Part shown: in pieces, positions 13,490 through 28,046 of the stretch
Layout: the number at the start of each line of letters is the position of its first letter
How positions within the stretch are numbered: position 1 is the first letter of the stretch
NCBI GenBank assembly: GCA_964016885.1
Contig: OZ024757.1
Span: 13,950,001 to 14,014,000, forward strand
Length of the DNA stretch: 64,000 nucleotides
Origin: Eledone cirrhosa
Lineage: Eukaryota
Direction: 5' to 3'
Translations under genes and position numbers: made by a program
Notes under the pieces: model-generated
What the model saw: the letters and a program-made list of their open reading frames with translations, nothing else
Databases searched by the model: none
Told to the model about the DNA's origin: nothing

Positions 13490-16184
13490 GGTGGTGGATT
13501 GGCAATATCGGTAGAGGGTCAGACGCCATGCTAGGGTGGTGGATTGGCAGTGTCGGTAGAGGGTCAGACGCTATGCTAGGGTGGTAGATTGGCAGTATCG
13601 GTAGAGGGTCAGACGCCATGCTAGGGTGGTGGATTGGCAGTATCGGTAGAGGGTCAGACGCCATGCTAGGGTGGTGAATTGGCAGTGTCGGTAGAGGGTC
13701 AGACGCCATGCTAGGGTGGTGGATTGGCAGTGTTGGTAGAGGGTCAGACGCCATGCTAGGGTGGTGGATTGGCAGTATCGGTAGAGGGTCAGATGCCATG
13801 CAAGGGTGGTGTATTGGCAGTATCGGTAGAGGGTCAGACGCCATGCTAGGGTGGTAGATTGGCAGTATCGGTAGAGGGTCAGACGCCATGCTAGGGTGGT
13901 GGATTGGCAGTATCGGTAGAGGGTCAGACGCCATGCTAGGGTGGTGAATTGGCAGTGTCGGTAGAGGGTCAGACGCCATGCTAGGGTGGTGGATTGGCAG
14001 TGTCGGTAGAGGGTCAGACGCCATGCTAGGGTGGTGGATTGGCAGTATCGGTAGAGGGTCAGACGCCATGCTAGGGTGGTGTATTGGCAGTATCGGTAGA
14101 GGGTCAGACACCATGCTAGGGTGGTAGATTGACAGTATCGGTAGAGGGTCAGACGCCATGCTAGGGTGGTAGATTGGCAGTATCGGTAGAGGGTCAGACG
14201 CCATGCTAGGGTGGTGGATTGGCAGTATCGGTAGAGGGTCAGACGCCATGCTAGGGTGGTGGATTGGCAGTATCGGTAGAGGGTCAGACGTCATGCTAGG
14301 GTGGTGAATTGGCAGTATCGGTAGAGGGTCAGACGCCATGCTAGGGTGGTGGATTGGCAGTATCGGTAGAGGGTCAGACGCCATGCTAGGGTGGTGGATT
14401 GGCAGTATCGGTAGAGGGTCAGATGCCATGCTAGGGTGGTGAATTGGCAGTATCGGTAGAGGGTCAGACGCCATGCTAGGGTGGTGAATTGGCAATATCG
14501 GTAGAGGGTCAGACGCCATGCTAGGGTGGTAGATTGGCAGTATCGGTAGAGGGTCAGATGCCATGCTAGGGTGGTGAATTGGCAGTATCGGTAGAGGGTC
14601 AGACGCCATGCTAGGGTGGTGAATTGGCAATATCGGTAGAGGGTCAGATGCCATGCTAGGGTGGTAGATTGGCAGTATCGGTAGAGGGTCAGACGCCATG
14701 CTAGGGTGGTAGATTGGCAGTATCGGTAGAGGGTCAGACGCCATGCTAGGGTGGTAGATTGGCAGTATCGGTAGAGGGTCAGACGCCATGCTAGGGTGGT
14801 AGATTGGCAGTATCGGTAGAGGGTCAGATGCCATGCTAGGGTGGTGAATTGGCAGTATCGGTAGAGGGTCAGACGCCATGCTAGGGTGGTGAATTGGCAA
14901 TATCGGTAGAGGGTCAGATGCCATGCTAGGGTGGTAGATTGGCAGTATCGGTAGAGGGTCAGACGCCATGCTAGGGTGGTAGATTGGCATATCGGTAGAG
15001 GGTCAGACGCCATGCTAGGGTGGTTAATTGGCAGTATCGGTAGAGGGTCAGACGCCATGCTAGGGTGGTGAATTGGCAATATCGGTAGAGGGTCAGACAC
15101 CATGCTAGGGTGGTAGATTGGCAGTATCGGTAGAGGGTCAGACGCCATGCTAGGGTGGTGGATTGGCAGTATCGGTAGAGGGTCAGACGCCATGCTAGGG
15201 TGGTAGATTGGCATATCGGTAGAGGGTCAGACGCCATGCTAGGGTGGTAGATTGGCAGTATCGGTAGAGGGTCAGACGCCATGCTAGGGTGGTGGATTGG
15301 CAGTATCGGTAGAGGGTCAGACGCCATGCTAGGGTGGTGGATTGGCAGTATCGATAGAGGGTCAGATGCCATGCTAGGGTGGTAGATTGGCAGTATTGGT
15401 AGAGGGTCAGACGCCATGCTAGGGTGGTAGATTGGCATATCGGTAGAGGGTCAGACGCCATGCTAGGGTGGTAGATTGGCAGTATCGGTAGAGGGTCAGA
15501 TGCCATGCTAGGGTGGTGGATTGGCAGTATCGGTAGAGGGTCAGACGCCATGCTAGGGTGGTGGATTGGCAGTATCGATAGAGGGTCAGATGCCATGCTA
15601 GGGTGGTAGATTGGCAGTATTGGTAGAGGGTCAGACGCCATGCTAGGGTGGTAGATTGGCATATCGGTAGAGGGTCAGACGCCATGCTAGGGTGGTAGAT
15701 TGGCAGTATCGGTAGAGGGTCAGACGCCATGCTAGGGTGGTGGATTGGCAGTATCGCTAGAGGGTCAGACGCCATGCTAGGGTGGTGGATTGGCAGTATC
15801 GATAGAGGGTCAGATGCCATGCTAGGGTGGTAGATTGGCAGTATCGGTAGAGGGTCAGACGCCATGCTAGGGTGGTGGATTGGCAGTATCGATAGAGGGT
15901 CAGATGCCATGCTAGGGTGGTAGATTGGCAGTATCAGTAGAGGGTCAGACGCCATGCTAGGGTGGTGGATTGGCAGTATCGGTAGAGGGTCAGACGCCAT
16001 GCTAGGGTGGTGGATTGGCAGTATCGGTAGAGGGTCAGACGCCATGCTAGGGTGGTAGATTGGCAGTATCGATAGAGGGTCAGATGCCATGCTAGGGTGG
16101 TAGATTGGCAGTATCGGTAGAGGGTCAGACGCCATGCTAGGGTGGTAGATTGGCAGTATCGATAGAGGGTCAGATGCCATGCTT
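13490..16184 (+). repeat. 45-bp minisatellite, ~60 copies
   Basis: Unit ggcagtatcggtagagggtcagacgccatgctagggtggtggatt. Confidence 0.97.
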
Positions 16185-16444
16185 TGCAGTATAGAGTTAC
16201 GAATCTATGTGATTTTGATATTATTTATTTTGAAAAAAATACCCTAACATCAGTATAAGCGGCCAGTTACATCCGGTTTGAATAGAAAGAGGTGAAAGAG
16301 TTCTGACCGGATATGGCCGGTTTAAAATTCTAAAGGGTTAATCAACTTTCCCCTCCCCCAAAATTGCTGACCTTGTGCCTATATAAGAAAGCATTATTAT
16401 CATTGTTATTGTTATTATTATTTGATATTTTCTAATTCTTTCAG

Positions 16445-16633
16445 ATCATAACTCTCCTTGTGAACATGGTGGGACGTGTGTCAATACACCCGGACACTTC
16501 CGCTGCGACTGTATGCCAGGTTTAACAGGGGACCGATGTGAACAAGACATCAATGAATGTGCATCTCACCCATGCCAGAATGATGGTACCTGTTTGGACG
16601 ATCGAGGAGGCTTCCGTTGTGCATGTATGCCAG
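16445..16633 (+). CDS. Notch: Notch exon, EGF11-12 (ligand-binding region)
   Basis: Boundaries tcag| and |gtaag. Encodes [67 protein letters not shown]12 keeps the O-glucose (CASHPC) and O-fucose (CQNDGTC) consensus sites. Confidence 0.95.
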
Positions 16634-16888
16634 GTAAGATAGTTGTCATCACTCTTATAATAATAATAATAATAATGAAATATTGTGTACAGTGCTCAGG
16701 TGCACTACAACTCATCAAAAAGTGTATGTATAGTACATAGGGTAATGTACAAACATCAGGAAAATGAACAGTGCATGAGTCATGATATACACATAATAAT
16801 GAAATTATTGTGTAAAGTGCTCAGGTGCACTACAACTCGTCAAAGTTGTATGTATAGTACATAGAATAATACACAAATGTTTCTTTAA

Positions 16889-17229
16889 CCCTTTACCATT
16901 TACATTACTCTATATTTACTATGGTATTTTCAAGGTAAAAGCTTTATCTCGCGTAATTATCTCAGATAATATCGAATCTACAAGATTTTGATAGTATTTA
17001 TTTTGAAAACAATACTTTAACTTAAGTGTTGATAAGTAGAAAAGAGGACAAAACTCTGATTCCATCAGGGAAATGGCCATGTTCGATATGTAGAAAAGGA
17101 ACTAGCATAAATTCTATAAAAATGTACACAATGCAGATCTTGGGTACACAAGAGATGTAGTGGAATAGCAGGCAAACTAAAGAGGTGAGAAAATTCTTGC
17201 TAGATACTGCCGGTCAAAATGCTAAAGGG
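16889..17229. mobile_element. piggyBac-like MITE
   Basis: TTAA|CCCTTTA..TAAAGGG|TTAA termini. Related copies at 19730-20289 (with two nested SINEs), 46285-46496, ~49893-50415 and a partial at ~16190-16340. Confidence 0.75.
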
Positions 17230-17794
17230 TTAATGTTTTCAATTCTAAACCACCTGAGCTGACCCTTGATCCTATGGTATAAAAAAAAACCTGTTTATAA
17301 CTCATCATCATTATCATTGTTTATAATATTTTTGTTGGGTATTTCATGCTCTTTCATTAGAAATAGGGTAACTGGAAACAAAAGGGTTAAATAGACTGTT
17401 GTTACACAAACAAGGTACTATCTAGTACTAATTCATTTTCCCTTTCTTTCATTCTTTTTCATTCTTAGTTTTCTCTAGTTCAGCTGTCTTTCTCTATCTC
17501 CCCTCCCCCACCTCCCTTAGCACTCACCATCTTCCTCCCCACCACCCCACTCCACACCACTCCCTAGATCTAATTAATATCTGAATCTAAATCTTAGAAC
17601 TTCAAGTGGTTAGCTACTAACACTACCAATTCCTGCACCCCCTCAGCATCTTCCTCTACCCCCTCCTCCTCCTTACTGACCAAAGTCCTCATCTCTCACC
17701 CCCTTCTAGCCAAGCCACCTCATGGATATAGAAGGTAGATGGAGGTGGAGAAAGCAGAACCCAGGGAGAAAAACTATGCACTGACCTAATTCTC

Positions 17795-17841
<47 letters not shown>

Positions 17842-18014
17842 GAGAAAATTGAGAGTGTGTAACTCTCAACTTATCAGATAGGCAGTATATGGTTAGCTCA
17901 ATGTCTGAAGACAGAGCCGTAATACAATTAACAACAAAGAACGCTTAGAACATAGGTATATCTTTAATTGCTGACAATGTTTCGTCCACACTAATTGTAT
18001 ATATGTATATATAC

Positions 18015-18054
<40 letters not shown>

Positions 18055-18331
18055 TAATCTACTTCTCATGTTTTCTCCAAATTAACTGAGTTGACATACT
18101 TGTATGTTTATACACTATATATATACATGTATGTATATATGTTTATATATATATATATGTGTGTGTATGTTTATGCAGTATATGCTTGCATGTGCAAATG
18201 TTTGTATTATATTGTATATAAACATTTGCACATTCATGCATATACTGCATAAACATACACACAAGTATGTCAACTCAATATATATGTATATTATCATCAT
18301 CTCATCATCGTTTAACGTCCATATTCCACTC

Positions 18332-18365
<34 letters not shown>

Positions 18366-18370
<5 letters not shown>

Positions 18371-18934
18371 TCATAATCATCATTTTACGTCCGCTTTTCC
18401 CTGCTTGCAAGGGTGGGACGGGAACTGATTCTGGCTTGATTTCTACAACTGGATGCCCTTCCTAACACCAACCTCATTTACAGTGAGTGCTGGGTGCTTT
18501 TTTGCCGTGGCACCTCCACGACCACTTTGCAGTGGAATGATAGTGACCTCAGTCCCTATCATCTCATTTCTACAGCTGAGTAAACTGGAGCAATGTGAAA
18601 TAAAGTGTCTTGCTCAAGGAAACAACACATCACCCGGTTAGAGCATTGGCCTTGCAATCGAAAGGTTGCGAGTTCAATTCTCAGACTTTATTTCACATTG
18701 CTCCAGTTTACTCAGCTGTAGAAATGAGATGATAGGGACTGGGGTCCATATCATTCCACTGCAAAGTGGTCATGGAGGTGCCACGGCAAAAAAGCACCCA
18801 GCACTCACTGTAAATGAGGTTGGTGTTAGGAATTGCATCCGGCTGTAGAAATCAAGCCAGAATCAGTTCCCGTCCCACCCTTGCAAGCAGGGAAAAAGCG
18901 GACGTAAAATGAAATGATGATGAAATGATGATGA
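18366..18934. mobile_element. Head-to-head fused pair of family A SINEs
   Basis: Minus copy 18366-18638 joined via ggt microhomology to plus copy 18636-18934. Confidence 0.85.
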
Positions 18935-19175
18935 TATATATATATACAAATAAAAGGCAGAGTTAATAACTCATACTGATACCCTGTAATTAACAAGCTC
19001 AAAGTATAAATACTGAGCATTTCAATAATATATGTAGTAATAAACACAGTAAATCGAGGGTTGAGATATCACATTTGTTTGAGAAATTCAATCTGAAGCA
19101 AGCGGAATATACATAATATAAAGTAAGATAAAATATATACAGACCGCTTCAATAACTATTACATCTCCCAGACAG

Positions 19176-19243
<68 letters not shown>

Positions 19244-20696
19244 CTGCCAGATAGTCCTATACAAGCGAGGCACAGACACCCAACCAATCTTGCCTCAAGT
19301 AGGACAATTCCCGTCTAACCCATGCTAGCGTGGAAGATAGACGTTAAACGATAATTAAGATGATGATATATATATATATATATATATAAATATATACACA
19401 AAGAATGTGTGGTAAGATACCAGGTGGACTATAACCCACCAGAGTACTCAATACTTAGGGTAGTAGAGTGGGTAATAAGGAGAAGAGCCAGAACCACGAC
19501 GTCTGAGCTCCGGCCATTTTGATTTATACCCAATATTATATTATATGAAATTGAAGCCAGAAGGTTGCAAAGTGAACTTCTAAACCCCATTTTTTTTGTT
19601 TATTTGATATAATAAATTCTTTTTAAGCTTTTTTTTTTATATCTGAACTTCATTTGAATATATCAAATTTAATTAGCGTAAAATTTTACTTATGTGATAG
19701 GGTCCCATAAGCAATTTATGATCCTTTAACCCTTTAATGTTCAAACCGGCCAAATCCGGCTAGAATTCTCTACCTTTTTCTGGCTGCAACTGCAAACTGA
19801 TGTTAAGGTATTGTTCTCTAAATAAATAATTGTTTCTACTTTAGGCACAAGGCCAGCAACTATCCAGTGCCTCACTGGTACTTTATTTTATCGACCCCGT
19901 AAGGATGAAAGGCAAAGTCAACCTCGGCGGGATTTGAACTCAGATCGTAAAGGGACGTAACTATGCTAGAAAGCATGGCGTCCGACCCTCTACCGATAAT
20001 ATCAAGATTTTGTAGATTTGATATTATGTGAGATAATTATGCGAGATAATGCCTTTACCATGAAAATATAATTGTTTCTACTTTTTGGCACAAGGCCAGC
20101 AATTATCCCAGTGTATTACTGGTACTTTATTTTATCGACCCCGTAAGGATGAAAGGCAAAGTTAACCTTGGCGGGATTTGAACTCAGAATGGCAAGGGCC
20201 GTAACTCTATGCGTCAAAGCATGGCATTCGACCCTCTACCGATAGAAAATATAATAGTATATATATAGAGTAATGTAAATGCTAAAGGGTTAAGAATCAA
20301 CAAATGTTGGTTTGCCCCCTCGCCTCACATTTTTACGGCAAACGAGGCTCCTGTATACATGCATATATGTGTGCTGGACTGCTGTTGGCTCTGACAATGA
20401 TTGTTCTAGTCTTTTAACAGAACAGCATACACAAAAGTAACATTCAATGTGGCTGAACATTGCACAGATGTGTTACAACTTTTTACAAATGCACAATATA
20501 TCCTCCCCCGGACACTGCATACATCAACATAGTCAGACTTGTCTCATGCTTGAGTGAGTATGTCTGCTGATTCTTTTTGATACACCCTGTGTGTGTGTGT
20601 GTGTGTGTGTATACACACGCATATATATATATATATATTTACATATATATACACGTATATATATACATACATACATGTATATATATATATATATAT

Positions 20697-20771
<75 letters not shown>

Positions 20772-21008
20772 TATATATATACTTATATACACACATGTAT
20801 ATATATAGTTATATACACACATGTATATATATAGTTATATACACACATGTATATATATATACACACATGTATATATATAGTTATATACACACATGTATAT
20901 ATATATACACATATGTATATATATATATATATACACACACACGTATATAGATACACACACATGTATATATATACTTATATACACACATGTATATATATAT
21001 ATACACAC

Positions 21009-21040
<32 letters not shown>

Positions 21041-21772
21041 ATATATATATATACACACACATGTATATAGATACACACACACACATATATGTTTATATAT
21101 ATATACACACATATACGGAGGCACATATATGGAGGCACATGGCTTAGTGGTTAGAGCATTGGCCTTGCAATCAAAAGGTTGTGAGTTCAATTCTCAGACC
21201 GGGTGATGTGTTGTTTCCTTGAGCAAGACACTTTATTTCACATTGCTCCAGTTTACTCAGCTGTAGAAATGAGATGATAGAGACTGAGGTCACTATCATT
21301 CCACTGCAAAGTGGTCGTGGAGGTGCCACGGCAAAAAAGCACCCAGCACTCACTGTAAATGAGGTTGGTGTTAGGAAGGGCATCCAGCTGTAGAAATCAA
21401 GCCAGAATCAGTTCCCGTCCCACCCTTGCAAGCAGGGAAAAGCGGACGTAAAATGAAATGATGATGATGATGATACATATACATACACACACATATATAC
21501 ATATACAAACACTCAGAAATGTATATATATATACACACATACATATTTAAATATTTATATACTCATATATATTTATATATATATATACACATATATATAT
21601 ACTCATATATATTTATATATATATATATACATATATATATAGACACATATATATTTATATTTATATATATATATATATATACATTTATATATATATATAT
21701 ACATTTATATATATACATTTATATATATATACATTTATATATATATATACATTTATATGTATATATATATAC

Positions 21773-21818
<46 letters not shown>

Positions 21819-22389
21819 TTATATATATATATATACATTTATATATATATATATACATTTATATATATATATATACATTTATATATATATATATACATTT
21901 ATATATATATATATATACATTTATATATATATATATATACATTTATATATATATATACATTTATTTATATATATATATATATACATTTATATATATACAT
22001 TTATTTATATATATATATATATACATTTATATATATATATATATATATATACATTTATATATATATATATATATACACATACATTTATATATACACACAG
22101 AGACATGAATATTCAACTACTTCTGGCTGTCCTTAAAAATATTCAGTTCCTGTGAATCTCAGTCTTTGTAGTGGAAAGAAAGAAAGGGAGGAAGAACCAT
22201 TTCTGTTCAGTTGTTTGTCTAAAACCAGAGTTCCCACTTGTCTTAGCTTATTTTCATACAACAGACCATCTTGTGTGTGTATATACATAAATACATGTAG
22301 ATATACATAAATATATTTATGTATATATATATATATATAAATAAATATATATATATATATATATATCATCAACATCACCATATATATAG

Positions 22390-22452
<63 letters not shown>

Positions 22453-22649
22453 ACACAATAATCAAAGCTATGTTAGAACATTTAATTGCTGACAATTGTT
22501 TCTTCCAAGCCTAGGCTTGGAGTCTTCAGATACAGATATTTATTTATGTACTAGACGTTCTTGTATTATCTGTCACATGCTCCACCAAAAGCTTTTAATT
22601 GTAATTTTGAATCTTACCCATCCCACACTGTTGTCCACAATATAATAAT

Positions 22650-23183
22650 CATCATCATCAACGTTTAACGTCCGTGTTCCACGCTTGCATGGGTTTGGAC
22701 GGGGGTAGTCCCACTTGAGGCAAGAGTGATTGTCTTGCTCGCATAGGACTGTCTGGCAGGTTTTCTACAGTTGGATGCCCTTCCTAACACCAACCACATT
22801 TACAGTGTGGGTCTGGGAGGTTTTTACCGTGTTGCCTACACGGCCACATTACAGCGTGGACTGTGTGTTTTTTTGTCGTGACACCTACACGATCTCGTTT
22901 GTTTCGGCCTGGATGGCGCGGCACCAACATAACTTTACATAGAACGGGGTGGTGTGGATGGGGTGGGGGTGGTGGCGGGACGGGGTGTAGTTTGTTAGAG
23001 ATGCCTACTGGCAAGGCGGGTCTTCTCTGTTACTGAGTACCGCCAAAGGTCACGGTCCAGTGACATTGTCTTGGAGAGGTGTAAGTGTGTGAGGTCGGAG
23101 TTTATCAGCTCATCCCATGTTTTTCTAGGTCTGCCTATTCCGTGGCTACCGTCTATCTTTATTGCCCTGCACTTTGTAATACA
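22650..23183 (-). mobile_element. RTE-type LINE 3' fragment
   Basis: Near-identical reverse complement of ~7432-7965. Confidence 0.85.
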
Positions 23184-23187
23184 CTTT

Positions 23188-23785
23188 GTAATAATAATGA
23201 AATTATTGTGTACAGTGCTCAGGTGCACTACAACTCATCAAAGGTGCATGTATAGTACATAGAATAATGTACAAATGTCAGGAAAATGAACAGTGTATGA
23301 GTCATGATATAATAATAATAACAATAATGAAATATTGTGTACAGTGCCCAGGTGCACCACAACTCATCAAAAAAGTGCATGTACAGTACATAGGGCAATG
23401 CACAAACATCAGTAAAATGAACAGTGCACGAGTCATGATACACACATGTGTGCATGTGTATGGAAGGGGAACATCAGGTGTAGTTTTGGCGTATTTCGGG
23501 AAACATGAGTGTCTTAAAGGATGCAGTGTCTCGGCAGCTAACAATTGACGCAGGCAGTTTGTTCCATGCTTCAGCAACTCTGAGCGTGAAAAAATGTCTA
23601 CGAAAGTCATGGGAGCTGTGCTGTTTTCTGATCTTGTAGGCATGTCCACATGTGTTAGACACATGGAGATCAAAGAGGCGCTCAGGGTTGCAATTGGTGA
23701 GATGGTTAAAAACTTTGTGGGTATTCACCAAGTCCATTGCCAGACGTCGGAGCTTCAATGAATCCATATGTATCTGTATGACTCT
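23188..23785 (-). mobile_element. CR1-type LINE 3' fragment with duplicated 3' UTR and (ATT)n tail
   Basis: Encodes LRRLAMDL...TCGHAYKI...RRHFFTLRVAEAWNKLP...FK, a CR1 ORF2 C-terminal pattern. The same 3' UTR occurs twice at ~16657-16880. Confidence 0.8.
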
Positions 23786-23823
23786 CCGGCAGAATAGGAG
23801 GCTGATTATATGTACAAACAGTA

Positions 23824-23882
23824 TTAATAATGCTCCGAAGACTCCAAGCCTAGGCTTGGAAGAAACAATTGTCAGCAATTAA
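23824..23882 (+). ncRNA. Hammerhead motif with core change (CCGAAGA); inverted copy at 22482-22530 keeps CTGAAGA
   Basis: tgct-CCGAAGA-c tccaagcc ta ggcttgga a-GAAA-caattg-TC-agca. Confidence 0.7.
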
Positions 23883-24059
23883 ATGTTCTAACATAGCTTT
23901 GATTCTTGTGTATTCTATATAACTGCTCTGTATAACAACTGATGTTCTTACATTGAGCTATTTATCTTACTGGTAATAAGGTAGTAATACATTACTGACC
24001 TTACCTGTTTATAGTTGTATATAGTATATATATAACTATAAATAGTATCCTTAATATTA

Positions 24060-24117
<58 letters not shown>

Positions 24118-24186
24118 CACACACACAAATACATGGATATGTGAGTCTTTGTTCCATACAACAGACCATATTGTGTGTATATGTAT

Positions 24187-25410
24187 ACATCATCATCATC
24201 GTTTAACGTCCATCTTCCACACTTGCATGGGTTTGGACGGGAGTTTTCCCACTTGAGGCAAGAGTGGTTGTCTTGCTCGCATAGGACTGTCTGGCGGGTT
24301 TTCTACGGCTGGATGCCCTTCATAACACCAACCACGTTTACAGTGTGGAACTGGGAGGTTTTTACCATGTTACCTACACGGCCACATTACAGCGTGGACT
24401 GTGTGTTTTTTTGTTGTGATACCTACACGACCTCATCTATTTAGGACTGGATGTTGTGGTACCAACATAACTTTACATCGAAACGGGTGGTGTGGATGGG
24501 GTGGGGGTGGTTGGATGGGGGTGTATTTTTGTTAGAGGTGCCTACTGACTGTAGTAGGTTTCACTTTGTACTTAGGTAAGGCGGGTCTTCTGTATTACTG
24601 TGTAGCGCCAAAGATCTCGGTCCAGTGACATTGTCTTGGAGAGGTGTAAGTGTGTGAGGTCGGAATTTATCAAGTCGTTCCAGGTTTTTCTGCCTACTCC
24701 GTGGCTACCGTCTATTTTTATCGCCCTGCCCTTTTTTATACAGCTGTCGTCTTACATGCGCATCACGTGACCGTACCAATGTAGTCTTCTCTCGAGTAAA
24801 CATCTGATTCCTCTTATTCCTATTTTCTCCCTTAGTTCATTTATGCTTTGCCGTTCACGTATATTACTATTACACATCCAACGGAGCATGCAAGCTTCGT
24901 TCTTCTCCAGTCTGCGCAGGTCCTCTGCACACAATGGCCAAGTCTCACTGCCATGTAACATTGCTGTTCGTATGCAGGCATCATACAGCTGCCTTTCATT
25001 TTTAGAGAGAACCCTTTAGTGGCCAATAGTGGTATAAACTCTCTGAACTTTTTCCATCCCGTTCTGGCTCTAGCTACTGTACTTTCAGAGCACCCTCCAC
25101 CACTGCTGATTTTGTCACCCAGGTAACGGAAGGTGTCCACTATTTCTATAGAACCATCTGTACAATGGAATGAGCTAGTATTTTGTGGGCACTTGCTGCT
25201 ACTTATTGCACCTGAGCACCGGCCACATATAAAATCTATATTCTTAGTTAGCTTACCTGTGATCCCACTACATCTTTTATGCACCCATACTTTGCATTTG
25301 GGACATAAAATGGAGTTTCTACCTACTCCTTTCCTACACACTGAGCATGGCCATTTGCCAGATGGGACCAGGGCCCTATTTCCCTTCCTACAAACTAGAA
25401 CTTTAGTTAT
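24187..25410 (-). mobile_element. RTE-type LINE 3' fragment with PHD-like finger, frameshifted
   Basis: Encodes KWPCSVCRKGVGRNSILCPKC..WVHKRC..FICGRC, FRYLGD, LHGSETW and WYGHVMRM across two frames; (GAT)n tail. Confidence 0.85.
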
Positions 25411-25435
25411 ATATATATTCATAGATATGTGTCCA

Positions 25436-25487
<52 letters not shown>

Positions 25488-27424
25488 CACACACCACACA
25501 CCACACACCACACACCACACACCACACACACACACACACACTATTTAACATCCAATCATTGCTGCTAGCAAGGGTTGGACATGTCTTCAGAAATCAAGAC
25601 AGCCCTCAGAAATAATGACACTTCGTGTTATTTATGTATATATAGCTAGAGGTTGTCAAGTGAGTGACACAACTGCACAGTCCTTTCCACTCTTTATTTG
25701 GCATGGTTTCTATGGCTCTATGCTCTGCCTAAAACCAACCCTGTCTTCTACATCATCGTCATTATCATCGTTTAATGTCCTTCTTCCACACTAGCATGGG
25801 TAGGACGGGCTGTCCGGTTTTGAGAGATTTGGTCGGGGGGACTGTGGTTCGCTCACACAGAACTGATTTTGACTTGGTTCCTACGGCTGGATGCCCTTCC
25901 TAACGCCAAGCACATTTACAGCGTGGGCTGGGTGCTTTTTGTTGTGACAACTACCCAACCACCTTAGTGTGGACTGGGTGCTTTTTATTGTGACACCTAC
26001 ATGACAACTTTACAGTATGGACTGGGTGCTTTTTGCCGTGACACTAAAATGACCACGTTACAATGTAGAGTGGGTGCTCGCTTTTGTCATAACACCTACA
26101 TGACCACTTTACAGTGTGGACTAGGTGCTTTTTGTCGTGACACCTACACGACCACTTTACAGTGTGGACTGGGCACTCACTTTTGTCATGGCACCTACAT
26201 GACCACTATAGTGTGGGCTGGGCACTTTTGTCATGGCTCCTGTGGGGATCACTTTATAAAGAAGGTTGCAAATTTGGGAGGGGTGGAGAAAATGCTTGGG
26301 GAAATTGTGAAATCTACAATTCTAAAGATTCCTCTCCATTCTATTCAGACTCCATTCTCTCGAGACAAATATGGCTGAGAGAGAGACACTACAATCTCAT
26401 TGATATCAAAGTATAAATCATACTCTGTAGATAGATGCAGATTATTCCAGTTGACTACATCTGATAAATGTTCTGTCTAAATTCATTAATGGCAAGGAAG
26501 CTTGATTATTCTGAATGACATAAAGAACTGTGTATTTGTGTGTATATATATATATATGTCCACGTACACATAAATATACTATTTATAACTCTGAGTGTGT
26601 GTTTATTAGTATATACGTCTGTGTGTATGTATGTGTGTGTATATATATATGTGTGTGTGTATGTATATATACATACATATGCGTGTATATATGTGTGTGT
26701 ATATATATAAGTATATATATATATATATGTATATATACATACATATGTGTGTATATTATATGTGTGTGTGTGTGTGTATATATATATAAGTATATATATG
26801 TATATATAAGTATATATTCATACAGATAAGTGTATATATATATTTATATGCATGAAGAAAACTAAAAATAAACTATAACATGGAACAAAATGTTTCTCAG
26901 TAAAATAAAATATATCTAAAATGGTCCTTTCTGCTGTGTGTGGTTATATATCTACACACACACACACATTCTCACACACACTCACATTCTCACACACACA
27001 CATTCTCGCGTACACACACACACATTCTATTCAGTACAAGGAACTCTCTGTTCCTTCACTCTATCAACTTTAGCTCTTTACAACTAACCTTCACCATCAT
27101 CACCACCATCATCACCACCATCACCACCACCACCATCATCACCACCACCACCACCACCACCATCATCACCACCACCACCATCATCATCATCACCACCATC
27201 ATCACCATCACCACCCACCACCACCATCCTCATCCCCAGCACTACCAATGCCACCCCACACCTTTACTGTCTTTGCACCCCCCCCCACATTTTATTAGCA
27301 TCTTCAGCCCTGAGTCAAAATATTAGGGCCAAACACCCCCCACCTCTCTTCTATCTATCTATATATATATATATATATATATACACATACATACATACAC
27401 ACGCACACATGTATATGTTTGTAT

Positions 27425-27471
<47 letters not shown>

Positions 27472-28046
27472 TATATGCATATTTATATATAGACACATAT
27501 CTATCTTAATATATATATATAGGTATATATATAATTAAATATCCCTTTTGCTTATATATATATATATCTATGTATATATAGATATATGTATATATAGATA
27601 TATGTATATATAGATATATGTATATATATATATAGATATATGTATATATAGATATATGTATATATAGATATATGTATATATATATATAGATATATGTATA
27701 TATAGATATATGTATATATAGATATATGTATATATATAGATATATGTATATATATAGATATATATATATATATAGATATATGTATATATATATATATATA
27801 TATATAGATATATGTATATATATATATATATATATATAAAGAAAAAGAGATGAAATCGAAAATGCAACTGAAGTCTTATTTTTTAAAAAAATATATATAT
27901 TTATTTGGTTCCTTTACCGGTTTCGCAGTTCTTCTGCTTTTCAAAAGGTGAGTTGAGATGGAGGGTCTGTGGTTTTTCTCAGATGTGAGAAAAACCACAG
28001 ACCCTCCATCTCAACTCGCCTTTTGAAAAGCAGAAGAACTGCGAAA

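Noticed and set aside
13473-16180. MASDPLPILPIHHPS repeat protein
   Set aside because: Antisense translation of a SINE-derived 45-bp minisatellite; 44-bp units shift the frame.
17905-17950. Plus-strand hammerhead starting at CTGAAGA
   Set aside because: No stem II or GAAA follows.
22231-22237. Su(H)/CSL site TTCCCAC (Notch autoregulation)
   Set aside because: A single 7-mer is expected by chance, lacks the full YGTGRGAA context, and also occurs in retroposon tails.
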